64,000 nucleotides of DNA. Origin: Bacteroidaceae bacterium. GTDB taxonomy: Bacteria > Bacteroidota > Bacteroidia > Bacteroidales > Bacteroidaceae. Numbering within the stretch: the first letter of the stretch is position 1; the number at the start of each line of letters is the position of its first letter. A model generated the notes under the pieces. That model was not told the origin of the DNA. It searched no databases and worked only from the letters and a program-made list of their open reading frames with translations. Positions 19,022 to 28,691 of the stretch are shown piece by piece. Location of the stretch: positions 4,389-68,388 of the forward strand of contig JAKSLL010000003.1 of the NCBI GenBank assembly GCA_024401215.1. The letters are read 5' to 3'. A program made the translations under genes and the position numbers.

Positions 19022-20217
19022 ATTTAGTATGGAAGCTGCTCAGGCAGCATGTTAGCATACCTCAGTTTATGGGGTTCTTCTTCGCTAATCTTGTTGGAGT
19101 TGTGATCATCCTTCTGGGTGTGCAGTTTTACTTCGACTATCAGCAGCTCGACAGCGAGGACAGTTTTATGAAGGCAGACTATCTCATTATCAACAAGAAG
19201 ATAGGTGCTATGAGTTCTTTGGCAGGTGTGTCAAACGCCTTTACGGAGAGTGAGATAGAAGAGCTTGAAGATGAGGATTTCGTGGAGAAGATAGGCGCTT
19301 TCACGTCATCAGCATTCAGCGTAAGGGCGAAATTTGATGTTGACGGATTTGCAAACTTCTCTACCGACATGTTCTTTGAGAGTGTGCCTGATGAGTTTGT
19401 GGATGTGAAGTCAGACGAATGGGGGTATGAAGAGGGAAGTGAAGACATACCAATCATACTGCCTAAAAACTACCTCGACCTCTACAACTTCGGCTATGCA
19501 CAGGGCAAAGGGCTGCCAAAACTCAGCGAAGGCATATTGGGAGCGATGAAGCTGAAGATACATATTGACGGCAGTGGCAAAAGCGGCGACTTCGACGGAC
19601 GCATTGTGGGCTTCTCCTCTCGACTCAACACGATACTCGTGCCGGAGCAGTTCATGAACTGGGCTAACAGCCAGTATGCGTCGGCAAACGCGCCAAAGCA
19701 GTACACACGACTTATTGTCGAAGTGAAGAACCCTGCAGACGAGAAGATAACGACATATCTGCAAGACCGCAACTATGAGACCGACGAGGATAAGCTTGAC
19801 GCGTCCAAGACAAATTATGTGCTGAGAATCATCGTGAGCATAGTGATGGGAATAGGTCTTGTGATAAGCATTCTCTCTTTCTATATACTGATGCTCAGCG
19901 TCTTTCTCCTCGTGCAGAAGAACAGCACGAAACTTGAGAATCTCCTTCTCATAGGTTATTCGCCAGTGAAAGTTGCTGCTCCTTATCAGCTGCTGACAAT
20001 AGGTCTGAACCTGTGTGTGCTTGTGATAGCCTTTGTTGTGCTTGTTGTTGTCAGAGGCATGTATTCCCTGATGTTTGAACAGATGTTCCCTGACTATACG
20101 CCAGCAAGTCTTATGCCATCGGCTGTTGTGGGTCTGACGCTGTTCGTTATCGTGTCTATGTTCAATGTGTATGCTGTTTACACTAAAGTAATGTCAATAT
20201 GGAAAAGGAAAGGCTGA
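19018..20217 (+). CDS. ABC transporter permease (FtsX-like)
   Basis: ATGA start/stop overlap with the ATPase gene. N-terminal TM helix, large extracytoplasmic domain, and a C-terminal cluster of three TM helices as in FtsX/MacB-type permeases. Confidence 0.65.
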   Translation: MNLVWKLLRQHVSIPQFMGFFFANLVGVVIILLGVQFYFDYQQLDSEDSFMKADYLIINKKIGAMSSLAGVSNAFTESEIEELEDEDFVEKIGAFTSSAFSVRAKFDVDGFANFSTDMFFESVPDEFVDVKSDEWGYEEGSEDIPIILPKNYLDLYNFGYAQGKGLPKLSEGILGAMKLKIHIDGSGKSGDFDGRIVGFSSRLNTILVPEQFMNWANSQYASANAPKQYTRLIVEVKNPADEKITTYLQDRNYETDEDKLDASKTNYVLRIIVSIVMGIGLVISILSFYILMLSVFLLVQKNSTKLENLLLIGYSPVKVAAPYQLLTIGLNLCVLVIAFVVLVVVRGMYSLMFEQMFPDYTPASLMPSAVVGLTLFVIVSMFNVYAVYTKVMSIWKRKG

Positions 20218-21662
20218 TTGACCTCTTTGTGAAATATAGTGGCGAAGTGCCAGCGTCGATAGACAAATTGCCAGGCGCAGGAAGCAACAGGCAGTATTAT
20301 CGACTTACAGGTGCTGATGGTGTGTCTGTGATAGGCGTTGTGGGTACAAGCGAGGAGGAGAATAGGGCGTTCGTCGAATTAAGCAAGTGCTTTGAAAGCC
20401 GAGACTTCTCTACACCGAAATTATATGCTCACAGCGATGATTATATGGTGTATCTGCAGGAGGACCTTGGCAGCACATCATTGTTTGACTTCCTGAAAGA
20501 AGGCCGTGAGAAAGGTGGTGACTACAATGGGAGAGAGGTGAACATGCTTGCTCTTGTCATGTCGGAACTTCCAAAGATTCAGTTTGAGGGAGGCGGAGAA
20601 TATGTTTTTTCAAAATGCTATCCGCAGCCGGAGATGGACAAGATGAACATAATGTTCGACCTCAATTATTTCAAGTATAACTTCGTGAAGCTCACAGGAG
20701 TGGAGTTCAACGAGATTCGCTTGCAGGAAGACTTCGACAAGATGGCGGCAGAACTTCTGCAGGAAGATGGGAATACATTCCTGTATCGTGATTTTCAGGC
20801 ACGCAACGTGATGTTGAAGGACGGTCAGCCGTATTTCATCGACTATCAAGGCGGCAGAAAAGGACCAATATATTATGATGTGGCGTCATTCCTCTGGCAG
20901 GCATCAGCAAAATACTCTGATGAGCTTCGCAGAAAACTTATAAAAGAGTATTATCACTCGCTTCAGTATTATATCGACTCAAGAGAATGCCCAGACTGCT
21001 ACAAAGGGATGACATTCGCCGTGTTTGAGAAGAGGCTTCATCAGTTTGTACTTTTCCGTCTGCTGCAGGTGCTTGGCGCATACGGATTCCGTGGATTGTG
21101 GGAGAAGAAGAAGCATTTCATTGACAGCATACCTCCTGCGCTCGCCAACCTGAAAGAGGAGCTTGCGCTTGGCACATGTGACGATTATCCGTATCTGAAG
21201 CAGGTGTGCGAGTCGCTCATAGAGTGGGCACCAAAGCCTTTTGTGCATGACGAACTCATTGTGCGCGTATTCTCTTTCTCATACAAGAAAGGCATACCAG
21301 AGGATGTGAGCGGTAATGGTGGAGGATATGTGTTTGACTGCCGCTCGTCAAACAACCCTGGCCGTTATGCCGAATACAAAAAGATAACCGGGCTGGACAA
21401 GCCTGTGATAGACTTCTTGGAGAAAGACGGAGAGATACTTGACTTTCTTGACCATATCTATCCGCTTGTGGATTTCCACACACAGCGATGGCTTGACCGT
21501 GGCTTTAAGGATTTGCAGATAAGCTGTGGATGCACGGGCGGGCAGCACCGTTCGGTGTACAGCGCACAGCATATCGCAGAACATCTGTCGGAGAAGTTTG
21601 GCGTGGAGGTGCATCTCTGTCACCGTGAACAGGGTATAACACAAATTTTCAATAAGAAATGA
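20199..21662 (+). CDS. amgK: AmgK-like sugar kinase (APH/choline-kinase fold) fused to a RapZ-C-terminal-like domain
   Basis: N-terminal half: NRQYYRL, DFQARNVM (catalytic loop), FIDYQGG (DxD-like Mg site), as in N-acetylmuramate/GlcNAc anomeric kinases. C-terminal roughly 140 aa: VFDCRSSNNPGRY...ISCGCTGGQHRSV resembles the RapZ C-terminal domain (..GCTGG.HRSV..). Overlaps both neighbouring genes. Confidence 0.7.
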   Translation: MEKERLIDLFVKYSGEVPASIDKLPGAGSNRQYYRLTGADGVSVIGVVGTSEEENRAFVELSKCFESRDFSTPKLYAHSDDYMVYLQEDLGSTSLFDFLKEGREKGGDYNGREVNMLALVMSELPKIQFEGGGEYVFSKCYPQPEMDKMNIMFDLNYFKYNFVKLTGVEFNEIRLQEDFDKMAAELLQEDGNTFLYRDFQARNVMLKDGQPYFIDYQGGRKGPIYYDVASFLWQASAKYSDELRRKLIKEYYHSLQYYIDSRECPDCYKGMTFAVFEKRLHQFVLFRLLQVLGAYGFRGLWEKKKHFIDSIPPALANLKEELALGTCDDYPYLKQVCESLIEWAPKPFVHDELIVRVFSFSYKKGIPEDVSGNGGGYVFDCRSSNNPGRYAEYKKITGLDKPVIDFLEKDGEILDFLDHIYPLVDFHTQRWLDRGFKDLQISCGCTGGQHRSVYSAQHIAEHLSEKFGVEVHLCHREQGITQIFNKK

Positions 21663-22414
21663 ATGCTTTGATATTCGCAGCAGGCTTGGGCACCCGTCTG
21701 AAGCCGCTTACAGATACAATGCCTAAGGCTATGGTGCCTATTGATGGCAAGCCGCTCGTGCAGATTCTGATTGAGAAACTCAAGGGGATTGGCGTGAGCG
21801 AGATTGTTATAAATGTACATCATTTTGCTGACCAGATTATTGATTTCGTGAAGCAGAATGACAGTTTTGGCATTGACATAAAATTCAGCGATGAGACAGA
21901 TATGCTCCTTGAGACGGGTGGCGGACTGAAGAAAGCCGCTTCGCTGTTTTCAAATGACGAGCCAATACTTGTGCATAATGTTGACATCCTCAGCAATGCC
22001 GACTTGAAGTCGCTTTATGATGACGCTGATGCCACCACGCTTCTTGTGTCGTGCAGAAACACACAGCGATATCTACTCTTCGACGATGATGACCGCCTCG
22101 TGGGATGGACGAATATAGCCACAGGGCAGGTCAAGTCGCCATACGCAGAGATTATGGCTCATGAGGGCGACACCTCGTATTTTAGCAGCAATGAACATCT
22201 GCACAAATATGCCTTCTCCGGCATTCAGGTTTTCTTCCCTTCTCTTTTGAAATACATGGAGCAGTGGGATGGAAAATTCTCAATAATAGATTTCTATCTC
22301 AGCATCTGTGACAAGGTGGAGATAAAATGCCGACAGGGAGAGAATCTCCAACTTCTTGATGTCGGAAAGCTTGATACAATAGCAAAAGCAGAGGAGTTTT
22401 TGAGAGATAAGTGA
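21659..22414 (+). CDS. murU: MurU-like sugar-1-phosphate nucleotidyltransferase
   Basis: MNALIFAAGLGTRLKPLTDTMPKAMVPI (G-x-G-T-R nucleotidyltransferase loop). ATGA overlap with the kinase gene, the classical amgK-murU pairing. Confidence 0.75.
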   Translation: MNALIFAAGLGTRLKPLTDTMPKAMVPIDGKPLVQILIEKLKGIGVSEIVINVHHFADQIIDFVKQNDSFGIDIKFSDETDMLLETGGGLKKAASLFSNDEPILVHNVDILSNADLKSLYDDADATTLLVSCRNTQRYLLFDDDDRLVGWTNIATGQVKSPYAEIMAHEGDTSYFSSNEHLHKYAFSGIQVFFPSLLKYMEQWDGKFSIIDFYLSICDKVEIKCRQGENLQLLDVGKLDTIAKAEEFLRDK

Positions 22415-22475
22415 TTTTTTGGGAAAAGTGAGTTAGTTTTTCTTATTTTCCTTTTATTTTTATCTTCTAAATCAT

Positions 22476-22483
22476 TAACTTTG
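22476..22483 (+). promoter_or_regulatory. -7 promoter box TAACTTTG
   Basis: TAnnTTTG match 81 nt upstream of the guaA ATG. Confidence 0.45.
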
Positions 22484-22563
22484 CACTTTCAAGGGATATA
22501 CTGAATATATGTTTTGCAGTGTATTGCCTGTTTTGTTCTGAATAGCTACTTACATATAATTAT

Positions 22564-24174
22564 ATGCAACAGAAAATTATAATCTTAGACTTTGGATCAC
22601 AGACAACACAGCTCATCGGACGCCGTGTCCGCGAGTTGAATATGTTCTGTGAGATAATGCCTTACAACAAATTTCCTAAGGATGATCCAAGTGTTATTGG
22701 AGTTATCCTTTCTGGATCTCCTTACAGCGTGTACGAAGACCGCGCCTTCAAGCTCGACTTCGACCAGATACGCGGTAAGTATCCAATCTTGGGAATCTGT
22801 TATGGAGCGCAGCTTATGGCTTACACCTTTGGCGGCAATGTAGAGCCAGAGGGAACACGCGAGTATGGTCGCGCTAATCTCGAGTATATGGAGAAAGACA
22901 ATCCGATACTCAAGGGATTTGCAGAAAACAGCCAGGTGTGGATGTCACATGGTGACACTATCACCAAACTTCCTGAGGGATTCCGCTGTATCGCTTCAAC
23001 TTCTACAGTGAAGTATGCCGCTTACGCTGCCGACAATGAGCAGATATGGGGTGTTCAGTATCACCCAGAGGTGTTCCACTCTATCGATGGCACTCAGCTT
23101 TTGAAGAACTTTGTTGTTGACATCTGCGGTGGTCGCCAGGACTGGTCGCCAGCGTCTTTTGTCGAGCAGACAGTGAAGGAGATTCGCGAGCAGGTAGGAG
23201 ACGACAAGGTGATTCTCGGACTCTCTGGCGGTGTTGACTCTTCAGTTGCTGCCGTACTTCTCAATAAGGCAATAGGAAAGAACCTCACATGTATCTTCGT
23301 AAATAACGGACTTCTCCGTAAGAACGAGTTTGAGGATGTGCTCAAGGATTATGAGTGTCTCGGACTTAATGTTCGCGGTGTTGATGCTTCACAGAAGTTC
23401 TATTCTGAACTTGCAGGTGTGTGCGAGCCAGAGAAGAAGCGCAAGATTATCGGCGCGGGCTTCATCGATGTGTTTGAAGCTGAGGCTAAGAAGATTGAAG
23501 GAGCAAAATGGCTTGCTCAGGGCACTATATATCCAGACCGCATTGAATCTCTTAATATCACAGGCAAGGTGATAAAGTCACATCACAATGTTGGCGGTCT
23601 TCCTGAAAAGATGGGCTTGTCATTATGCGAACCTCTGAAGTGGCTCTTCAAGGATGAGGTTCGTCGTGTAGGACGCAGCATGGGAATGCCAGAGCATCTC
23701 ATCACTCGTCATCCTTTCCCAGGTCCAGGACTTGCTGTCCGCATCCTTGGCGACATCACTCCTGAGAAGGTTCGAGTTCTTCAGGATGCAGACGACATCT
23801 TCATCCGTGGTCTCCGTGAATGGAAGGTTAAGCTTAGCGGCGAAGAGGCACGCAAGGTGCTTGCTGCGGGTGTGCCTGCCGACATGAAAGACGGAGAGAT
23901 AGAAGTGTCTCTTTATGACCAGATTTGGCAGGCAGGAGCAATCCTCCTTTCTGATGTGAAGTCAGTTGGTGTGATGGGCGATGAGCGCACTTACGAAAAC
24001 CCTGTTGCTCTTCGTGCTGTGACATCTTCAGATGCAATGACTGCCGACTGGGCTAAGCTTCCATACGAGTTCCTTGCAGAGGTGAGCAATAAGATCATTC
24101 GCAACGTTCGCGGTATCAACCGTGTATGCTATGATGTCTCTTCAAAGCCACCTGCAACTATTGAGTGGGAGTAA
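22564..24174 (+). CDS. guaA: GMP synthase (glutamine-hydrolysing)
   Basis: GATase Cys motif (GICYGAQ), ATP-pyrophosphatase P-loop (SGGVDSS), C-terminal KPPATIEWE. Confidence 0.95.
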   Translation: MQQKIIILDFGSQTTQLIGRRVRELNMFCEIMPYNKFPKDDPSVIGVILSGSPYSVYEDRAFKLDFDQIRGKYPILGICYGAQLMAYTFGGNVEPEGTREYGRANLEYMEKDNPILKGFAENSQVWMSHGDTITKLPEGFRCIASTSTVKYAAYAADNEQIWGVQYHPEVFHSIDGTQLLKNFVVDICGGRQDWSPASFVEQTVKEIREQVGDDKVILGLSGGVDSSVAAVLLNKAIGKNLTCIFVNNGLLRKNEFEDVLKDYECLGLNVRGVDASQKFYSELAGVCEPEKKRKIIGAGFIDVFEAEAKKIEGAKWLAQGTIYPDRIESLNITGKVIKSHHNVGGLPEKMGLSLCEPLKWLFKDEVRRVGRSMGMPEHLITRHPFPGPGLAVRILGDITPEKVRVLQDADDIFIRGLREWKVKLSGEEARKVLAAGVPADMKDGEIEVSLYDQIWQAGAILLSDVKSVGVMGDERTYENPVALRAVTSSDAMTADWAKLPYEFLAEVSNKIIRNVRGINRVCYDVSSKPPATIEWE

Positions 24175-24353
24175 TAATCTGACAATCATAGTCTCAACAT
24201 AAAGAAAATTCTATCCTGAGACATTCTCGGGATAGATATTTTCTTGTGTTATAGATTGGTGTTAAAGAAATAAACTTTAAGAGATTTTTGTTATTTGCAA
24301 CTGATTAATAAATAGCACCCAATAAATAATCGAATATATCTCAAGACTACTTT

Positions 24354-25160
24354 ATGAAGAAATATCTAACTCTTGTACTTCTTGCAGTTGTGCTTGTTTT
24401 TGCAAGTTGTACTTCATATAAGAATGTTCCTTACATTCAGAACAGCAGCGAAGTTGATCTCTCAGCTGCTACCAGTCTTTATGATTCAAAAATCATGCCA
24501 AAGGATATCCTCTCTATCAATGTGAATTATCCTCTTGACCCAGATGCTGTTAAGATGTTCAACCTCACAATGCAGTCAGGCAATACTGTCAACAGCACAG
24601 CAGATGCTGCCCGTTTCTCTACTCAGGTGCAGCTTCAGTCATACCTCGTGAGCAATGAGGGTACTATCAACTATCCAATACTCGGCGAGATGAAGGTTGT
24701 TGGCATGACAAAGACTCAGCTCGAAGAGTATATCGCATCACGCATTCAGGGCAACTACACTCGTGAGAAGCCAATCGTTAACGTGCTTGTGTCAAACTAT
24801 AAGGTGACAGTCCTTGGTGAAGTTGCTCGTGGCGGTCAGTACACAGTGACAACAGGAAAGGTGAACATCTTTGAGGCTTTGGCTCTTGCAGGCGATATGA
24901 CAATCTGGGGCCGTCGTGACTGCGTGAAGCTTATCCGTGAGAATGAAATTGGTGAGAAGTCAATTGTCGAACTCAATCTTAATGACGCTAACATCATCAA
25001 TTCTCCATATTACCAGCTTCAGCAGAATGATGTGTTGTATGTGACTCCTAACAAGGCTAAGTCAAAGAACTCAGGTGTAGGTTCTGAAACAAGCTTGTGG
25101 TTCACATCAACAAGTATTCTTGTGTCACTCACAAGTTTGCTCTACAATATCCTCAAATAA
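24354..25160 (+). CDS. polysaccharide export outer-membrane lipoprotein (Wza/BexD-like)
   Basis: Lipobox (LVFASC), Poly_export-like segment (IMPKDILSINV), SLBB-like segment (VTVLGEVARGGQYTV...IFEALALAGDMTIWG). Confidence 0.75.
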   Translation: MKKYLTLVLLAVVLVFASCTSYKNVPYIQNSSEVDLSAATSLYDSKIMPKDILSINVNYPLDPDAVKMFNLTMQSGNTVNSTADAARFSTQVQLQSYLVSNEGTINYPILGEMKVVGMTKTQLEEYIASRIQGNYTREKPIVNVLVSNYKVTVLGEVARGGQYTVTTGKVNIFEALALAGDMTIWGRRDCVKLIRENEIGEKSIVELNLNDANIINSPYYQLQQNDVLYVTPNKAKSKNSGVGSETSLWFTSTSILVSLTSLLYNILK

Positions 25161-25264
25161 TGTTTAAGCTGTGTTAACAAGTGGCGCTGAATTGTTAAAC
25201 AAATTCAAAGCGCAGCATTTTTATAAGCATTTTCTTTGTATTGCAAATGAAATGTAGTTATTTT

Positions 25265-25310
25265 GCTCTCGAAATCGAAATGATAATCGGTTTCGAGAGC
25301 AATTTTTTTT
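25265..25310 (+). terminator. Rho-independent terminator
   Basis: gctctcgaaa (25265-25274) pairs with tttcgagagc (25291-25300), followed by a T8 run. Confidence 0.8.
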
Positions 25311-25374
25311 GTTAAAGCATAATGTGAAATTAAGAAAATAATCATTTATAATTAGCAATTAAACAACTACAAAT

Positions 25375-26907
25375 ATGAAACAGGTAACTAAAAGATTTTA
25401 TGGCACACTTGCATGTGTTGCATTTTTCTCTGGTTTGACAGGTGCATTCGCATACTCGGTTACTCAGAAAGGCTCAAGCAGCATTTCACCATCTTCTGCT
25501 GCTGGTGAGACTGCCTCAAGCAACTTCATGACGACTTCTACAGCTATGGCTCCAGCAGCACAGCCTGTGGACCTTACTGAAGCGGCAGAAAAGGCTTGCA
25601 ATGCTGTAGTATATATAAAATGTGTACAGACAAGCAAGACACAGACAATAGAATATCAGGATCCATTCCAGGATTTCTTCGGTGACTTCTTTGGCAGAGG
25701 TCAGGGTGGTGGAACTCAGCGTCGTCAGGTGCAGACTCCAAAGCGTGAATCTGCAGGTTCCGGCGTGATAATATCTGCTGACGGATATATTGTGACAAAC
25801 AATCACGTTGTGGAAAATGCTGATGAGATAACAATCACTCTCAATGATAATCGTGAGTTTACAGCGCGTGTCATTGGATTGGATGCAGACACCGACCTCG
25901 CCCTTCTGAAAATCGACGGCAGCAATCTTCCACAGATTGTTGTGGGAAACTCTGACGACCTCAAAGTGGGAGAGTGGGTGCTTGCTGTTGGCAACCCTTT
26001 CAACCTCACATCAACAGTAACAGCAGGCATTGTTTCTGCCAAAGCTCGTAACCTCGGGGCAACAAAGAACGGCATAGAGTCGTTTATCCAGACAGATGCA
26101 GCGATTAATGCTGGCAACTCTGGTGGTGCGCTTGTCAACACACGCGGCGAACTTGTTGGTATCAATGCCATGCTTTACTCGCAGACAGGTTCATTCACAG
26201 GTTACGGATTTGCAATTCCGACAACAATAATGAAGAAGATTGTTGGCGACCTCAAAGAGTACGGAACCGTACAGCGCGCTCTTCTTGGAGTGAGCGGAAT
26301 GACTCTCCACGACTATGTTGACGCCCAGAAGCATAAGGATAGCAAGTTCTCTGCAGATTTCGGCACAGTAGATGGCGTTTATGTGGCAGAGGTTTCTGAG
26401 GATGGTGCTGCAGAAGAGGCAGGCATCAAGAGCGGCGACATCATCGTGTCTGTTGATGGCAAGAAGATAACAAAGATGTCAGAACTTCAGGAGGCGACAA
26501 CAAAATATCATCCTGGAGACAAGGCTGAGGTTGGATATATCCGCGACAAGAAGGAGAAGACTACAACCATAACATTCCGCAATGCAAAGGGCAACACCAA
26601 TGTGATAAAGACTCAGAAGCTCGATGCTCTTGGAGCAGAGTTCAAGGAGCTTACAGAATCACAGAAGAAGACACTCAGCCTCACTTATGGTGTTCAAGTT
26701 ACAAATATCAAGGCAGGATATCTCAAGAATGCTGGCGTCCCAGAAGGATTCATCATCCTCAAAGCAAACAACCAGAACATCAAATCTGCTAATGATATTG
26801 AGTCTGTATTCAAGTCAGCACAGTCAAGCGATGAACAGACACTTTGGATCTGGGGTAAGACTCCAGCGGGCAAATCTATGTCTTTTGCTGTGCAACTTGA
26901 CGAATAA
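25375..26907 (+). CDS. htrA: Do/HtrA-family periplasmic serine endopeptidase with two PDZ domains
   Basis: Catalytic triad context NNHVV, DTDLALLK, GNSGGALVN. Two PDZ-like segments downstream. Signal peptide present. Confidence 0.9.
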   Translation: MKQVTKRFYGTLACVAFFSGLTGAFAYSVTQKGSSSISPSSAAGETASSNFMTTSTAMAPAAQPVDLTEAAEKACNAVVYIKCVQTSKTQTIEYQDPFQDFFGDFFGRGQGGGTQRRQVQTPKRESAGSGVIISADGYIVTNNHVVENADEITITLNDNREFTARVIGLDADTDLALLKIDGSNLPQIVVGNSDDLKVGEWVLAVGNPFNLTSTVTAGIVSAKARNLGATKNGIESFIQTDAAINAGNSGGALVNTRGELVGINAMLYSQTGSFTGYGFAIPTTIMKKIVGDLKEYGTVQRALLGVSGMTLHDYVDAQKHKDSKFSADFGTVDGVYVAEVSEDGAAEEAGIKSGDIIVSVDGKKITKMSELQEATTKYHPGDKAEVGYIRDKKEKTTTITFRNAKGNTNVIKTQKLDALGAEFKELTESQKKTLSLTYGVQVTNIKAGYLKNAGVPEGFIILKANNQNIKSANDIESVFKSAQSSDEQTLWIWGKTPAGKSMSFAVQLDE

Positions 26908-26930
26908 AATCCATCGAAACGGAAAAAAAC

Positions 26931-26968
26931 AAGGGATTTGAGATTTTTTCTCTCAAATCCTTTGTTGT
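26931..26968 (+). terminator. hairpin plus T-rich tract after htrA
   Basis: aagggatttgaga-ttttttc-tctcaaatccttt followed by gttg. Imperfect, with one bulge. Confidence 0.55.
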
Positions 26969-26984
26969 GAAATGATAGAAACAT

Positions 26985-26992
26985 TAACTTTG
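26985..26992 (+). promoter_or_regulatory. -7 promoter box TAACTTTG preceding the candidate ncRNA
   Basis: Exact TAnnTTTG match. No credible ORF follows before the terminator at 27257-27292. Confidence 0.45.
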
Positions 26993-26999
26993 CTATTAG

Positions 27000-27292
27000 A
27001 AAAGACGATGATGACGCATCAGATGTCGTCACAGCATAAGCCGGGGTTAGGATCGATCGGGATACTCATCAATTTTTATACTGAAACCGAGATAATTCTA
27101 CTACCTAATGGCGGGCCACAACCCACAAATCGCCATGTTTCGAGCATGGGGCTTCGGTTTGCTGGAAACCTTTGAGTCGGTGGATTACAAAGGGTAGTAG
27201 GGACTCAAATCTTTTCATATCGGAGTTTCATCACATCTCCTCCCGGCTTCCTTACAAAGGGCGAATGCAGAATCATGCTTCGCCCTTTTTTG
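27000..27292 (+). ncRNA. candidate structured small RNA (unclassified)
   Basis: About 290 nt with no convincing coding potential, bounded by a -7 box and a strong terminator (aagggcgaa-tgcagaatcatgc-ttcgccctt-tttttg, 27257-27292). Long-range pairings seen by eye: aagccggg (27038-45) with cccggctt (27242-49), and ctactacc (27100-07) with ggtagtag (27194-201). Internal hairpins: atggcg/cgccat, ccatg/catgg, ggttt/aaacc, gagtc/gactc. Confidence 0.35.
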
Positions 27293-27438
27293 TTTCCTTC
27301 TGCCCTTAACAGCACAGAGTGACGGGCCAATTAGGGATTTTCCCCATGAAATAGGGAATTATACTTTTCAGTAATAATCTTATTTGTTATTTTTGCATCA
27401 TCAAAAAATATTCATTTCAAAAAAGAAAGGAAAGAAAT

Positions 27439-28635
27439 ATGAAACGACTATTAACTTTGGCTTTGGCCATCATCCCTTTGTTCAGCATGGCACAGGATGA
27501 TGATGATATGTATTTTACTCCTTCTAAGAAGACGAAGCAGGAGGTGATAAGACAGACTGCCGACATGAGGGCGAAAACCGAAGTGGTTGTTCCTCCTGTG
27601 GTTGTTGACTACAAGAGCAGCCGTCGCAGCACTGATGAGTACAACCGCCGCTACTCATATTCTGGAAAATATCAGAATGCTGGTGGCGCATACGCAGATG
27701 AGGCAGATTCATTGACTGCCCGCATAGATTCTGCTAATGGATTCTATGCTGACAGTGAATATGATCTTGACGATCCAGAGATAGACTACAGATATTCTCG
27801 CCGTATCGTGAGATTCCACTCTCCACGTTATTATGACCTTGCAAGTCCATACTACTGGGATTTGTATTATCACTATGGCGGATGGGATTATCTCTACTAT
27901 TCGTATGACCCATGGTACTACCATTATGGATGGTGCTACGGATGGACATGGGGCCCTTGGGATTGCTGGTATGGAGGCATCTGGGGTTATCATCACCCAT
28001 ACCACTGGTCATACTGGGGATGGGGCCCGGGTTGGGGTCATGGAGGTGTGAGCTATGGTCACATCGGTTCTCGTTACCATCAGAGAGGACATTATGCAAC
28101 AACAGGTTCTCGTCCTGGTTCAGTAGGTAGCCGAGTGCGCCCAAGTGCTGCAAATTCAAGCCGTTCGGTTTATTCACGAGGCGCTTCTGCATCAATGGGA
28201 CGCGGTGATGCCTCTCGCTCATCAAGAAGTTCTTACTCAGGTTATGCCAACCAGCGTATGGCTACAGAGGGAAGAGGCAGCATGGCTTCTCGTCCTAATG
28301 GTGGAAGATCTGTGTCTCGTTCTAATACAAGTGGCAGACCGGGAGTTGCTTCTGCTCGCCCTAATCCATCAAGGAGTGCTACGGGCAGTGAAAGCCGCAG
28401 CTCATACAGCAGTCGTCCAAACGCAACAGCGTCTTCTCCAGCAAGGAGTAGCAGCCAGTCACAGGCACGCAGTTCTGCTTCAACTCCTCAGCGTTCTACA
28501 TCTTCATACACTCCAAGCTCTTCAAGTCGTTCATCAGGTAGCTTTGGTGGCGGTGGCAGCTTCGGTGGCGGTTCACGTGGCGGCGGCAGCTTTGGCGGCG
28601 GCGGTGGTGTCTCTCGTGGTGGTGGCAGACGTTAG
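27439..28635 (+). CDS. exported low-complexity protein (Tyr/Trp/Gly-rich core, Ser/Arg-rich tail, GGGS/RGG C-terminus)
   Basis: Signal peptide MKRLLTLALAIIPLFSMAQ. Core YYWDLYYHYGGWDYLYYSYDPWYYHYGWCYGWTWGPWDCWYGGIWGYHHPYHWSYWGWGPGWGHGG. Then about 170 aa of S/R/P/A-rich sequence ending GSFGGGGSFGGGSRGGGSFGGGGGVSRGGGRR. Confidence 0.7.
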   Translation: MKRLLTLALAIIPLFSMAQDDDDMYFTPSKKTKQEVIRQTADMRAKTEVVVPPVVVDYKSSRRSTDEYNRRYSYSGKYQNAGGAYADEADSLTARIDSANGFYADSEYDLDDPEIDYRYSRRIVRFHSPRYYDLASPYYWDLYYHYGGWDYLYYSYDPWYYHYGWCYGWTWGPWDCWYGGIWGYHHPYHWSYWGWGPGWGHGGVSYGHIGSRYHQRGHYATTGSRPGSVGSRVRPSAANSSRSVYSRGASASMGRGDASRSSRSSYSGYANQRMATEGRGSMASRPNGGRSVSRSNTSGRPGVASARPNPSRSATGSESRSSYSSRPNATASSPARSSSQSQARSSASTPQRSTSSYTPSSSSRSSGSFGGGGSFGGGSRGGGSFGGGGGVSRGGGRR

Positions 28636-28691
28636 AACGCCCATTGGATATTGACCTATAGATAAATCAAAAAATTGTGAAACATAATAAA

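Noticed and set aside
23800-23940. An apparent ~27-aa insertion in GuaA ([30 protein letters not shown]) relative to the E. coli sequence as I remember it
   Set aside because: It is in frame and flanked by perfectly conserved GuaA motifs. It is probably a lineage-typical loop. I cannot verify the alignment without a search, so it is not reported as a finding.
27000-27292. Possible tmRNA, RNase P RNA or SRP RNA identity for the candidate ncRNA
   Set aside because: The 5' GGGGTTAGGATCGATCGGGA loosely resembles a tmRNA start. However there is no T-arm (GGTTCGAATCC-like), no 3' acceptor complement ending CCA, and no tag reading frame. No GAGGAAAGTCC-type RNase P motif and no SRP domain IV motif are present. 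It is kept only as an unclassified candidate.
28430-28635. GGT/GGC/AGC-rich repetitive DNA at the end of the 27439 ORF, and TGC/GGC repeats at 31990..32085
   Set aside because: Both are in-frame low-complexity coding sequence (the GGGS/RGG tail and the Cys/Gly tail), not independent microsatellites or regulatory repeats. They are discussed under the respective proteins.
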